Part shown: one piece after another, positions 10,541 through 23,373 of the stretch
How the letters are laid out: each line of letters starts with the position of its first letter
Position numbering within the stretch: the stretch's first letter is position 1
Source: Pomacea canaliculata
Lineage: Eukaryota
Direction: 5' to 3'
Length of the DNA stretch: 64,000 nt
Assembly: GCF_003073045.1 (NCBI RefSeq)
Contig: NC_037593.1
Location: 29,457,367 to 29,521,366, forward strand
Program-made: the position numbers and the translations under genes
Notes under the pieces: model-generated
Seen by the model: only the letters and a program-made list of their open reading frames with translations
Told to the model about the DNA's origin: nothing
Database searches by the model: none

Positions 10541-13456
10541 GTAATTAGCGATATCATCAACACACAGTCTTCCTAAGGCCAGAGACTTCTTGTACATCAG
10601 GGATAAGGGTAGTAAAGCTGAAACAGCTGGTAAAACTGAACAGGCCAATTACTATCTTCAAGCAGGTGTGAGTAAATTACTGAAAGGCTTGCAGTTTCTT
10701 AAACTATTATGTAGAGACAGAGAACTTTGCGTGTTACCTTTTACTTTGTGTGCATTCACGTGCTAGACATCATTCATCGTCAATTATGTGATGAGGATGA
10801 GGATGATGATTGATGATTGATGATCTTTATTGAGCAAATCCGTTGTTGTTTTTTTTAAAGGGAAATTAAAGGGAATAAAACAGCAACAGCAATATTTTCA
10901 ATAGCGTTATCTATGTATACTGACATTTCTTTGTTTCCGAGAATGTATTCATTTCATTTCAGTTTTTAAATATTTGATTCCCGATAACTAGAGATTTATT
11001 TGATGGTTGTTTCAAAGTTACATATAAAGACTCGTGTAATTTTATCTCTGGACTGTTTATATGGAGTTCCAGGTTTTAAAATATCAACTTTCGGTCTGTA
11101 GCTTTCATAGGCAGAACAATCAAACAACATGTGCACTTCATCTTCAATCTTATGCTTGCATCGGGAGAAAATCCTCTGGGATATATATATATTTGTATCG
11201 ACATTGGTGCACATTGATGGGTGATATTCCAAAACTAAACCTAATAAATGCGCGCTCTCAGTTCGGTCGCCAGCGCTCTAACTACTCGGATATTCGTTTC
11301 CCCTATGGGGACAAACACGCTAACACAGAAACGTTCACTCATCCCCGATCGCATTTTATTCCTCCTCATATATTCAGGACTTATTTTAGTGAAGGGCAGT
11401 TTTCCTCAAAATAAACAGTCTTTCTTTGGATAACCTTCTTTCACAAGAGTAAACAGTTCTGAAGAAACCAGGGACCATAAAGAACCAAACGATCACGTAA
11501 AACTTAATGAAATTAAGGTTGTGTGTGAGAGAGAGAGTAGTGTGTGTTCCAGAGGGAATACGAATTTTAGAAAATATAAATAGCAAGTCTGGAAAAGGGT
11601 TTGATGTTGATGAATTCGCTGTCGTCTTGCTGCTATAGGAAGAGTAACAGAATGTTCCCCCTGTTTCCCGCGTGACGTAAATTTCGGGAAAATCGACTGA
11701 TCATCATCGTCGTCGTCGTCAAGCGCTTCAGCGAGAGGTCACGGGGCCACCTCGAGCAGATGTCGTCTGCCTTTCATGTCCATTCATGTCAATTTTGTTT
11801 CTTGTCGTCTTGTGAGTGTTGTATGCGCATGTCACTTGCGAAATGGTAATTATGGACAAATCTGGGATGTTAAAATTATTCCAGCAAACTTCTTGATGCT
11901 GGTGTAGCAGGCTGGTCAAGTGTACCAATATGGCATCCTTCGCTTAGCAAATCACAGGCATACAAGATTTGCCGCAGTTGTGGTTGAGGCTGATAAAAGT
12001 GGACTAACTAAACAGGTCTAATCAGGGCGGGAAAGTCTGGTCCTGTTTCCGCCTTAAGACGATGCAGTGAAGGGAACTCCCTACTTATTACATGCGCGCG
12101 CGCACTCGAAGACACACCCACGCACACACACAGGTCGGAGTAATACAGAATGGCAAGTCTGTTTCTCCAAACAACATGGTTTCAAAAGTATTTTGTGGTG
12201 TAAAGCAATCAGAGACTGTACACAACCAGACGATCACGATGAATTCAATGAAACGCTGGTGGGTTTGTGTAGTTTTCACTCAACACTAGGTTTGCATACA
12301 AACAAAAGAAGTATTTATTTTGAAAACACAGATAGACTTTATTGTATTATGTGCTGCTACCAAACGTACAGAATAACTACTAGGAATAGGTATCTAGTAT
12401 AAGCCAATGAAGTTATATGCTGCTCCAATCAGATAAATAATTAATGTACTTTAAACACTACTGCATCTGATCTCTAGGCTGCAGGCCTTGGGACCTCACT
12501 GAGAATTTCATCTTGATTTATAAACTACATGAATAGGAAACAGCTTATTTCCTTATAACAGTTGTTATTAATGATTTCAGGATCTCATAAGATAGAACTA
12601 TTGGCTCTTTGATCATCAACGTCTCCCATTCTCTCTGTTATCTATCTTACGAAGCATTCAGTACGGTGTTCTTTGAATCCATTTATTTTCCAGTTGGATT
12701 ATTAAACACTTTTCTCTACTACAAAAATCTAGTACAAATCGATGATGTTTCGGGTATACCTTTAAACGAGTATCAGACAAAATCTGACAAAAACTACTTT
12801 TCAATTCCTGAAGTAAACAGCTAAGACGGTAAACTAATTGGTTTGTCATGCTTCAGCTGAGGAGCTAGGTCTTTACGTCCAGAATGAGTCGATAGTCTTC
12901 AAGGAGTGTTCAGTAGGCCAATCATAAGCAAATCACAGAGACAAGCTGATGGACTGGCTAAACGCAAGGACATTGAGCACAGAATGCAGACTTTATAGCA
13001 ACACGATCTGCACAAAAAACCTTGCAAGTGTCTTGACACTTGTAACCTGCAACAATCATATTACACACAGTCACAAAGAAAAGTCTTGACTTGCCTAACA
13101 CTACAAGACACTCAGTGCAGCAAATAGCAGAAAAGTTCAGTTTAAAGTATTGCTGTCAGATGTGTATAACCGACAATTAGTGAAACTAATAATACAACAC
13201 ACTTTTTAGCACTACACAGTCTATATAAAGTATTTTTTTTAATTAGCCAAAGGTCTCTCCGATGCTCTACATCAGCATCTATGGTTGACCACTCTATTTA
13301 TGTAATATCTACATGATGCAATTCTTAGGTACCATAGGTGCAAGATTCCTGAATGTTGATCAGGTAGCTCTGTAAAGCCTTGTGTCTAGTGCTGTACCCA
13401 CACAGAGCCAGAGAGGCGATTAACACTAAAAGATAAAATATCAAATGTTTAGTTAC

Positions 13457-13546
13457 CACTTTGACAGGTACATGTTCGGCATCCTTCTTTATAGACATAT
13501 CCATAAGGACAGTTGAGTGCACACTTGATCATTGGACATTCTGGTC
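13457..13546 (-). CDS. Gene B antistasin-domain exon (PECPMIKCALNCPYGYVYKEGCRTCTCQS)
   Basis: 90 nt; acceptor tttgcag|GA, donor G|GTAACT. Confidence 0.6.
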
Positions 13547-13815
13547 CTGCAAACGATTTTACTCGAGATGAAAACATGTAAATGGCATTTTAACTACTGA
13601 AGAAATCAATGTGTATACTCTAAAGTTTATTTTAAACGTTTCGTTTTCACTCATCTGTCATGCTTTATTAAAATGTTGCATGGGTTAGTAGACTGCAGAT
13701 GATTCTCAGAATGTTAAGGTCTTTTTCCTTTTCAAACTCTACCTGTACCGATATTTTTAAAGCTGGAAATAAAAATAATATATTTAACTGAAACATTTAT
13801 AAAACTAATTCATAC

Positions 13816-13905
13816 TTGGTCGGCATGTACAAGTCTGACATCCATTTAGATACATGTATCCATTTGGACACTTCTGTTTGCAGATCACTAGTTTACAGAA
13901 TGAAC
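13816..13905 (-). CDS. Gene B antistasin-domain exon (SFCKLVICKQKCPNGYMYLNGCQTCTCRP)
   Basis: 90 nt; acceptor ttttcag|GT, donor A|GTATGA. Confidence 0.6.
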
Positions 13906-13999
13906 CTGAAAACATCGCCTATATTTAAAACTGCGCTTTCATTAAGCGCTTGTGATATTTGCCGAAATGGAAAGTCTGAGATGGTGTGGCGACAAAGCA

Positions 14000-14080
14000 C
14001 GAAGAAAGCACATACATTCTGTCACCGAGATTAACAGAAATTTGATCGTTGGACAAACTGCAGGTATAAAGTCTACAGAA
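14000..14080 (-). pseudogene. Deleted/decayed remnant of an antistasin exon; the intact homologue is at 23284-23373
   Basis: Alignment to copy C shows an internal deletion that removes most of the exon. Confidence 0.4.
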
Positions 14081-14644
14081 AAAACAATATTTCATCTGCC
14101 TTAGATATTTCCATGGTAGAGCGTACGCGTGAACACACACACACACAACACACAATTATGTTAATTGTACATTTCATATTAATTTTGGAGTCCAAACAGC
14201 TTAACTTTTCCTTTTTCATTGTACTGTATATATATATAAAGTTCCACATCTCGCATTTAGTTGCATACGACAGCTTCTATCGCTTTTAGTATGGCTTTTA
14301 TACATCAAGATTACATTTGCATAATTTATATTTGCAAGTGTCGGCTTCTTCCTAATTCTATACATTCATGATTTATTGCGCACCTGTTACGCATAAGTCG
14401 CCACGTTTACAAATACTTATTCTAAAATCAGTTCGATGAGAGTTATTAAAGACTGAGTATTATTTCACACCTCTTACCCACATACCCTACCAACTGTATT
14501 TACGGCTTCATATTAGTTTATTTGCTTTTGACAAATTCTTCTGCACAGACTTTCCACATTATTGAAATAAGAAATATTTTAGGTTCATATGAAATCTTTA
14601 GCTGTATACATTAGTAAGAGGAAGTGCAACAGAAGTAAACTCAC

Positions 14645-14731
14645 TTGGTTTACAGGTACAAGTCTGGCAGCCGTCTTCAAAGATGTAGCCGCTAGGACAC
14701 GCACGGCATTTCACAGGAGGGCAAACAGGTT
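14645..14731 (-). CDS. Gene B antistasin-domain exon (EPVCPPVKCRACPSGYIFEDGCQTCTCK)
   Basis: 87 nt, phase 1-1; donor GTGAGT. Confidence 0.65.
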
Positions 14732-15205
14732 CTGAACAGACAGTTTCCTATCTCGGTTAATCGGAAGTGAAACGACGGTAACAATACATCGCTAATGGTT
14801 AACTAGTGAAAATATTTTAAAACTACGCTGTAACAGGAAATTATCATAGATTGGAGGGAGTGTGTCATTTGTGAAATACGTATTAATAATGGCAATTCTT
14901 TTGTGTACAGAAAAAAGAATACCATGCATGAGTCTAAATATAGGTCCTTTGTTCTGTACATAAAGGTGATAAAAAGAATACTAAAGGGTTTTTTGTTTAT
15001 CTTTTGTCTTTTTTGTTCCTTTGGTTGTTTTGGTCTTTTTTTGCATTGAATGTGGATAAAGAATTGTGCAATAAGTCACACTAACTCTGTTTACTTACCA
15101 TTGCACGTCTTCTCTCTCTATTTATGAGAGCGCGCGTGTGTGTGCGCGAGAGAGAGAGGGAGAGAAAGAAAAGAAACAAAGATCAAAATATTTTTTTAAA
15201 TTTAC

Positions 15206-15313
15206 CTTTTATGCATCGACATGTTGGACATCCATTTTTGTCAAGTACGTTTCCATACCGGCAAGCTCTAGCGCACACTGGTCCACATCGGTTAGGAGGT
15301 GGGGCTGGAGCAC
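15206..15313 (-). CDS. Gene B antistasin-domain exon (APAPPPNRCGPVCARACRYGNVLDKNGCPTCRCIK)
   Basis: 108 nt, phase 1-1; acceptor ..ctactag|GT, donor G|GTAAAT. Confidence 0.65.
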
Positions 15314-15482
15314 CTAGTAGATGTTAATACACATATACACACATTGAGTATATAGATTTCTGGTGCGAATATTTAGCTTTAGTTTCCACACACACACAGC
15401 ATTCAGCTGACAACTACACCTACAAATCGATTCACAACTTTTACAAATCGTTCGACGCCTTCTATACACCAGCAAGCCTTAC

Positions 15483-15549
15483 CTGCTCCTGCTTTGCCGA
15501 CCATCAAGACCACGAACACAAGTAAAGCTGACACCATCCCACTTGCCAT
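15483..15549 (-). CDS. Antistasin-like gene B, exon 1: signal peptide MASGMVSALLVFVVLMVGKAGA
   Basis: ATG at rc 15549, donor GTAAGG; paralogue of 7431-7497. Confidence 0.7.
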
Positions 15550-16261
15550 TTCTACCTGTTACTTGGTTATTTGGTGAGAAAATGACACACTAGTAGCTCT
15601 GACTCAGAAATGGAGAAGGAAGGAACAAACAATTTACTACTTTCAGAGGCTCTCTTCATGGTGTCGTCTGCTCGCAATGCAGCTTATAGACTTCGCCATA
15701 TTTACATCCTTTACAATTATGGTCCAATCCCAGGCGGCGTAACGAAGAACTGTATTTTGATTGGTGGATATATTTGGATGATGCTGACCTCTCAAACGAT
15801 TGACCTCGTGGCAGGTATATTTTCCCGGATCTCTTCACTGACCGACAAATGCCGCACATCTCCACCTCCCAAACGAACTCGGAATCGTCTATCAATATCT
15901 TTCGCTATAGAGAGTTTTGACCTTATCAAAACAAGAAAAAGTATTTCAAAATGTCAGCACAGTGACTGCAAAGTAACATTTGAGGTGAAGGAGTGGTTGT
16001 GCGCGTACACGCACAGCACAGATTTAAACACACATAATCACGAAAAAACACAAATATCCAAGCTAATTCTCACACACAAAATGATCTATACACACAAGAC
16101 ACACCTACCTATACCTCCAAACGTCCTCGCGTGCGCGCGCACACACACACGCACGAAGGAGTATATGTCTATGAAAGATTGTTTTTCATTCTTTTTCTCA
16201 ATATAAGTGGCTACACTAACCGTTAAGACAATGAGCTGTTTGCCTGAGACCATTGCTGTTA

Positions 16262-16462
16262 TTAACTCAGAGGTTCTTAACCTTGTTTGAGGTACCGAAC
16301 CACAAGTTTCATATGGACATTCACCGAACCCTTCTTTAGTGTCATCACGAATTTACATAATCAGTCGGGTGTGTCTTGACCTCCGTGGCGGAGGCTCCGC
16401 CGAACACCTGAGACCGACTCACCGAACCCCTAGGGTTCGATAGAACCCCGGTTAAGAACCAC
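16262..16462. mobile_element. MITE-like element, ~200 bp, TIR CAG(A/T)GGTTCTTAACC, flanked by a TATTAAC direct repeat
   Basis: Inverted termini and flanking duplication read directly; present only in duplicate B2. Confidence 0.5.
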
Positions 16463-16861
16463 TGTATTAACAATTATATTGTTTGTGAGACTCGTTGAGC
16501 TAGCCTTTGATGGTGGGAATAGCGCTATATAAATTAATTTTATTATTATTACACACCCCCTATAGGATCACGGGGTATGCTTGCCTAGCGAGCATTGTAA
16601 GAATAGGGTTCCTGCCATCCAGCCAGTCATGTTGTAAGAGGCGACTAAGATGGACACCTCACCTAGAGGTAAAATAGGTTGTGATAGGGCTAACAATCCC
16701 ACCATGTCAAAAAGCATGTTACCGAAACTTATACCAGAGAACTCGTCACGGGTGGCGAACGTAATGAAGCACACCAGGAGACTGGACTTACGACGGACGA
16801 CAGCCAAACCCGTTTTAGGTTCATATGAAATCTTTAGCTGCATACATTAGTAAGAGAAAGT

Positions 16862-16925
16862 GTAACAAAAATAAATTCACTTGGTTTACAGGTACAAGTC
16901 TGGCAGCCGTCTTTATGATGTAACC
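16862..16925 (-). pseudogene. Truncated antistasin exon; homology breaks mid-exon
   Basis: Starts like the array exons (ttacaggtacaagtctggcagccgtcttta) and then diverges into unrelated sequence. Confidence 0.45.
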
Positions 16926-16995
16926 GTGTGTGTATGTATGCACGCAAGAGACAGAGAGAGAGGAACAAAAGAGTATAAATCTATTTTTCATTTAC

Positions 16996-17094
16996 TTTTT
17001 ATGCATCGACATGCTGGACATCCTTTTGGGTGAAATACGTTTCCACTGAAGCAACCAATAGCACACACTTGTTTACATCGGTCAGAAAGAGGGA
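16996..17094 (-). CDS. Gene B2 antistasin-domain exon (PLSDRCKQVCAIGCFSGNVFHPKGCPACRCIK)
   Basis: 99 nt, phase 1-1; acceptor ttccag, donor A|GTAAAT. Confidence 0.5.
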
Positions 17095-17445
17095 CTGGAA
17101 CAGATTTTAGATCTTAGCACACACACACCTACACACACACACGAAACATATATTAAGTGTATACTTTGTTAGGATGAATATTTAGGTTTATTTTTCACAC
17201 ACACATATATATATTCATTAGGCATATAGATTGTTAGTGTGAATATTTAACTTTAGTTTTCACATATATATATATACACACAAATTAAGTATATAGATTA
17301 TTAGTGTGAATATTTAGCTTTAGTTTTTACTCACACACTCACACACATATATATATACACAGTATTCAGCTGACAACTACACCAACAAGTCAATACACAA
17401 CTTTTACAAATTGTTCGATTCCTTCTTCACACCAGCAAGCCTTAC

Positions 17446-17512
17446 CTGCTCCTGCTTTGCCGACCATCAAGACCACGAACACAAGTAAAGCTGACACCAT
17501 CCCACTTGCCAT
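17446..17512 (-). CDS. Gene B2 (tandem duplicate of the 5' part of B): signal-peptide exon
   Basis: Identical architecture to 15483-15549. Confidence 0.55.
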
Positions 17513-18861
17513 TTCTACCTGTTACTTGGTTACCTGGTGAGAAAATGACACACTAGTAGCTCTGACTCAGAAAAGGAGGAAAGAATCAACAATTTACTAC
17601 TTTCAGTTGCTCTCTTTGTGGTGTCGTCTGCTCTCAACGCAACTTACAGAATCTTCCATACTCACATCCTCTACAATTACGGTCCAATCCCGGGCTGCGT
17701 GAGGTAGAACTGCATTTTGATTGGTAGACGATGCTGACCTCTCAAACGATTGACCTCATGGCAGGTATACTTTGGTGGATCTCTTCACTGACCGACAAAT
17801 GTCCTCCGACCTCAACCTCCTGCTCTCCCTCTGTTCACTCGTGACCTCTATCACTCTTTTGCTGTAAAGAGCTTTGTGGGAAAGGGGAGAGCACTAACAA
17901 CGATTTAAAAAGTCTTACAGGAGCAGAGATCTGTACAAACTGTCTAGAAATGACTGATAAAGGCAAGCGAAAGAAAAGGATTTGAGGGTACTTGGGGTAC
18001 TTCGCGTGTCGAGGATGGTAGTCAAGGGTGTGGGTTATAGGTAGAGAGGAAAGGAATCATGATCGCTTCTTTTTTTCGGACAAGCTGAGCTGACACCCTG
18101 AACAAGTTTAGCAATGTACTTTGTGTAAACGCGCTGGCGACAAGGACACCTGGGGCTTTAAGTATATTGAATGTAGGTTATACTTTAGGGAGACTCTCAT
18201 AGATATGTTATACTTTGGAAGAAGGTTGAAGACCGAAAATGTGAATAGCATCTTAGCGAAAACGCAGTTTTGGTGTTTGTTTCTACTTGGTTATGTCACC
18301 TGCTTTATGCTCTATTTTTTTTTTAATTTATAAACTTTTGGTCAAGAGGTTAATAAAGGTATAAAAGCGTCTCAGGGACAAACGGTCTCTACTACCACAT
18401 GTGGGCCACCTTGCCGCTGCTTATACTCTGGATCCGTGTGTCAAAAGCAAAGATTTAATTCTCTGATCGCCTTTCTCTGACTACTTCACAAATTTTCTCA
18501 ACTGCTGATACAACTGTATATCTCTCATCGTTTTGTGAGCCGAAATGTAAAGCCGTGTGTTCTACACATTTTACCACTTGGTCTACAGTTTGTGTCACAG
18601 AGATGTGTAGAGACACTAATTTTTCTCTCTAAAAATCGCTTGTCCACACTATGACTGCTCCATATATTCGGGAAGCTCCATAAACCACATCTACCTCCGC
18701 TTTTTATATTAAGAGCTACCCCTACCCCCCCCCCCCCCCGTGCAGGTTTCTCTGTCTGCGTTTGTGTCTGGAGAATAATCTTCTTTGTTTGTGGTATTTC
18801 CAGATAATTTTAACCCATGGCGAAGGTATGTACCTTATGTTACTAAAACCGATGAAAGTTA

Positions 18862-18960
18862 TCGAATCTCAAGTAGGCTGCAGACACAAATCTTGCAGCC
18901 ATTGATATTTCTGTCCACATATGCACTTGATGGTCGGACACACGGCAGGTGTGCAGGGCA
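18862..18960 (-). pseudogene. Frameshifted antistasin-like exon relic (CTPAVCPTIKC in one frame, AYVDRNINGCKICVC in another)
   Basis: The two halves of the domain lie in different frames around AAGTGCATATG; compare the intact CVPAVCPTIKCAYG exon at 23284-23373. Confidence 0.45.
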
Positions 18961-19215
18961 GACACAAAGATCTTTACATCTTGCTTGAAGACACTATCAA
19001 TACACAGTCTTTTATGCTTCTTCCTGAAGCTAGAAACTTCTTGTACATCAGGGCAGTAAAGATGAAACATCTGGTAAAACTGAACAGGCCAATGACTCGA
19101 TTCAAGCAGGTTTGAGTAAATTACTGAAAAGAGTGCAGTACTGAGAGAGTTATAAAGAAGATGGCGGACGAAGACCGTTGTTTTGCCGCTCACTTGGCCA
19201 TCAAGGAGCAACTGC

Positions 19216-19275
19216 TTTTTCTCTGATACATGACGTCTTTTTCTCTGATACATGACGTCTTTTTCTGCCTCAAGT
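19216..19275. repeat. 2.5 tandem copies of a 22-bp unit tctgatacatgacgtctttttc (contains TGACGT)
   Basis: Direct read. Confidence 0.8.
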
Positions 19276-20285
19276 GACGTAGAACAAATGACGCACACAA
19301 GATGTCAGACACAAGGCACTATTCGTACACGAGACAACACGAGACTTACCACAACTCACTACACATACACAGAGACTGACAATGGATAGCCATTGCCCTC
19401 CGGGAAAGGAAAGAAAACACTGTTGACAAAGCATTATTACAGTAAAATTGCGGAATATTAGAGACGAAGCAGGTACCTCATATGTAGTCTGTACAGACGA
19501 TACTACTTCTAACTTTAAATACATAACATATGTCTAATAATATGCTCTTTAGATAAATACAGTTTGAGGAGTTTAAAGGAATTTGAAATGTAAAATGTCC
19601 TGTAAATATTTATAACTCGTGGAATGTTAAAGCGTATTTATGCAGCGCCTTTCTCCAACAGAAGCCTGGATTATGGTACTTTACATACATACACATGGAG
19701 ACACAGAGACACAACGGGCAGCTAAGCGAGTGAGCACGACTCTCATCACACACGCACACTTTTTTACTTACCAGGAATTCTACTTTTTGTCTTGTTTTTT
19801 TTTTGTGTTCTTTTTTTTTTTTTTGGTTTTTGTAAAAAAGTACTTAGACTTGTATGCAACTTTGTACTGTTAGGGCGAGAGGAACCTGTGATATATAAGG
19901 GAAAAGGGATGAAGACAACAAGAACTGATGGTGAGACAAGGGAAGATGCAGGAGGGTCACCGTTTGGTTGAAGCCACGGATATCTTGTTAACTTTGTGCT
20001 TTTTCTTTTATCCCACCCTTATGCTAACATTTCCTTTGTTTATAAGTTATTTAGGAATATTAAACAAAAGCTATATAATAATTATATATATTAAGTCTTG
20101 TAATCAATGGATTTGTCTATAAGCTTTTAAATATTAAGCTTGCAAAATGTTAGAGAACATTCGTACATTTTAACTTCCTGTAGCTGCTGTTCTGGGGAAT
20201 TACAGTCCTTCAGCTTTCAGTCAAACCAAAGACCTTCTATCTCCATAAAAGTTCTTTGACCACACTGCGTTTTATATTCAATCTC

Positions 20286-20372
20286 TGCTCTTGGTGGGCG
20301 GTCCGGTGGCGCAACGGTTAGCGCCTGTCATCAATACAGTGAAGGCTGGCTGTCCTGGGTTCAGCTCTCGTC
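20286..20372 (+). other. tRNA-like sequence (D-arm GCGCAACGGTTAGCGC, anticodon-like loop CATCAAT); probably a tRNA-derived SINE head rather than a functional tRNA
   Basis: Cloverleaf elements are present but position 33 is not U and the T-arm is atypical. Confidence 0.25.
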
Positions 20373-21779
20373 TAAGGCACGCTGTTCCTTCTCTGCATGT
20401 TATATTTCTTTACATGGCTGCCTGCCTTGCACGGATATAACCTTCGTTGCTGACTCGGCGTAAACCACCATTCCTTCCCCCTCCCCACACTCGCTCTTCA
20501 AGTTCGTTGCCTAAAGGGACAGTCTTCATGGAGTGATTTCTCAGGAGAGTCCCTCAGGATGGTCTTATTGAAAAACGCTGATACCAGACACCGTTAGCCT
20601 TTATTAGTATTAGTGTTTGCATATTATACTATGGAGAAACGAGGACAAGTCTGTGTAAATCCATGAGATCACTATATGGTCAGAAAGTGGTCAGAACAAA
20701 TAACATAATAACTAGGATTTGTGTGCGGGATCTTACTACAAACGCACATACACATAGGCACATACACGTATGGATACATCGATTATATACATATATACAG
20801 AGAGAGAGAGGTGCGCAATGATTTTGATAGACTGAAGAGTAAAAGAACACCACACATCTTCACGAACATTTTATATTGGACCACACTACTAAATTATGGA
20901 ATAATGCTGTTTCTTAGTGTTATATGATAGCAATAACAGACCCTGGGTAACAAAGAACTCAAAACTGTATTAAAAAATAAAAAGTGTATATTTTATACTG
21001 AAACTGTATATGACAAAAAAGTAACGAACAGAGAGGTGCGGAATGCCATCAGGGAAGCAAAGAAAAGGTACAAGGACAAAGCTGAGTTGTAGTTAAGTAG
21101 TGGCGACCTCATGGTATTAACAGTATGTCTTCTGTCAATCGCAAGGAAAAAGCTATTAAAAATCCAGGTGGCACTTGCAGTCGTTGAGTGTGGACTTCAC
21201 AACGTGATTAATTCTTTTCTGCCCGCTTTGAGAAAAATGACCTCGAACAACTATTTACAAAACAACTCTGGTCCCTGAGCATAGATTGGTGATTGCCAAG
21301 TCCTCTGTCAGGGATCTTGTTGCTGATAAAGTTGGATTTACTAGGCAGGTCTAATCAGAGGGGGAAAATCTAGTCCTGTTTCCGTTTTCACACGACACAG
21401 TGATGGGAAATCTTGTGGTTTGAAGCAACCAGAGACTGTACACAACCAGACGATCCCGATAAACTCACTAAAAATTCTGATGGGTTTGCTTTGGGTTTTC
21501 ACAGGACTAGGTATGCATACAAACAAAAGAAGTATTTATTTTGACAACATAGATACACTTTATTGTATTATGCTTTTATGTGCTGCTACCAAACGTATAG
21601 AGCACCTACTAAGAATAGGGATCTAGTATAAACCAATGAAGTTTTATACTGCTCTAATCAGATAAATGATTAATATTACTTATTACTTCTGATCTTGAGG
21701 CAGCAGACCTTGGGACCTAATTTCAGATTGATTTAAATACACTACATAAATGCCAAATTTCTTTACTTCTTGCTTACAT

Positions 21780-21780
<1 letters not shown>

Positions 21781-21838
<58 letters not shown>
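21781..21838. repeat. (TTG)n microsatellite
   Basis: Direct read. Confidence 0.95.
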
Positions 21839-22657
21839 ATCTCTTCAGAAAAGATTGGCGGCTACATGATCCTCTATCATCTCCTTCTCTCATTTTCCTA
21901 TTTACTTGTCGTTATAAGCATTTAGTATGGTGTACTTTGTATCCCTTTATTTCCCACTTCGATCATTAAACACTTCTCTCCTACAAAAATATAGTAGTAA
22001 TCAAGAAAATTTTCTGGTAATGTTTAAAAGCAAGGTATATTTTATACACCTATATGATCTAATCAGACACAAGAGATTTCTACAGGTCAGAAGGTAAGCT
22101 AATAGGTTTGTCATCAGCGGTTCAGCGAGGAGCTAGGTCTTCACTTCCAGAATGAGTCGATAGTCTTCAAGGAGTTTTCAGAGGGCTAGGTGGTAGGCCA
22201 ATCATAAGCCTATTACACAGATAGGCTGACTTACTGGAAAACTGTAACAGTCATAATACACGCAGTCACAAAGCAGAATCTTGACTTGTCTGACACTATA
22301 AGACACTCAGTGCAGCAAACAGCATTTTAACGAATTGCTGTCAGATGTGTATAACCGACAATTAGTGAAACTGATAATACAACACATTCTTTGTGCAATT
22401 CACAATCTATGTAAAGTAATCGTCCTTTAGACGTAAACATAACTAGTCACACGTCTTTCCGAAACTCTACATCAGCTTCTATGGCTGACCACTCTATTTA
22501 TGTAACATCTACATGATGCAATTCTTCGCTACCATAAGTGCAAGATTCCTGAATGTTGATCAGGTAGCTCTGTAAATCCTTGTGTCCTAGTGCTATACCC
22601 ATATAGAACGAGAGAGGAGGTTAACACTGAAAGATAAAATATCAAATGTTTAGTTAC

Positions 22658-22747
22658 CATTTAGACAGGTACATGTTTGGCATCCTTTGCTATAGACATA
22701 TCCAGAAGGACAGTTGCGTGCACACTTGATCATTGGACATTCTGGTC
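22658..22747 (-). CDS. Gene C antistasin-domain exon (PECPMIKCARNCPSGYVYSKGCQTCTCLN)
   Basis: 90 nt; donor G|GTAACT. Confidence 0.6.
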
Positions 22748-23044
22748 CTGCAAACGATTTTACTCGAGATGAAAACATGTAAATGGCATTTTAACTACTA
22801 AAGAAATATATGTGTATACTCTAAACTCTAAAGTTTATTTTAAACGTTTCGTTTTCACGCATCTGTACTGCTTTCTAGAAATTTTGCATGGGTTAGTAGA
22901 CTGCAGATGATTCTCAGACTGGTTAGAAGATCTTTTTTCTCCGCATAATCTTTTCTGCCATTCCTTTTTCTTTTTAAATTCTACGTGCACTGATTTTTTT
23001 TAAAAAGGAAAATAAAACTAATACATAAAACGAAAAATTCATAC

Positions 23045-23134
23045 TTGGTCTGCATGTACAAGTCTGACATCCATTTAGATACAGGTATCCATATGGACAC
23101 GCATTGCGGCACCTCACTAGTTTACAGACTGGAC
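23045..23134 (-). CDS. Gene C antistasin-domain exon (PVCKLVRCRNACPYGYLYLNGCQTCTCRP)
   Basis: 90 nt; acceptor tttgcag, donor A|GTATGA. Confidence 0.6.
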
Positions 23135-23283
23135 CTGCAAACATCGCTTATATTTAAAACAGGTCTTTCATCAAACAGTTGTGATGTTTTTCGGAATGGA
23201 AAGTCTGACATGGTGTGTCGACGAGGCACGAAGAAAGCACATACATTGTGTTACCGAGATTGAGAGAAAAGACCGGATCTTAC

Positions 23284-23373
23284 CTGGGTTGCACGAACAG
23301 ATCTCGCAGCCATTCTCGTCTCGTTGAAGTCCGTATGCGCATTTGATGGTTGGACAAACTGCAGGTACACAGT
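23284..23373 (-). CDS. Gene C antistasin-domain exon (DCVPAVCPTIKCAYGLQRDENGCEICSCNP)
   Basis: 90 nt; acceptor gcccag, donor G|GTAAGA. Confidence 0.6.

Noticed and set aside
12067-12402. ORFs in the segmentally duplicated 3' flanks (1618-1824, 12658-12849, 12067-12402)
   Set aside because: They are conserved only because the DNA is recently duplicated. They are rich in stops in other copies and have no protein features.
18843-19298. 151-aa ORF MCVICSTSLEAEKDV... and its twin at 24216-24659 as a conserved protein-coding gene
   Set aside because: The two are the same repeat in opposite orientation. The similarity is nucleotide-level and extends outside the ORF; part of it is the out-of-frame reading of a decayed antistasin exon, and 24216-24659 ends in a (TCA)n Ser run.
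20286-20372. Functional tRNA-Sec or suppressor tRNA
   Set aside because: No long variable arm or 9/4 fold typical of tRNA-Sec; loop position 33 is A, and the T-loop is non-canonical.
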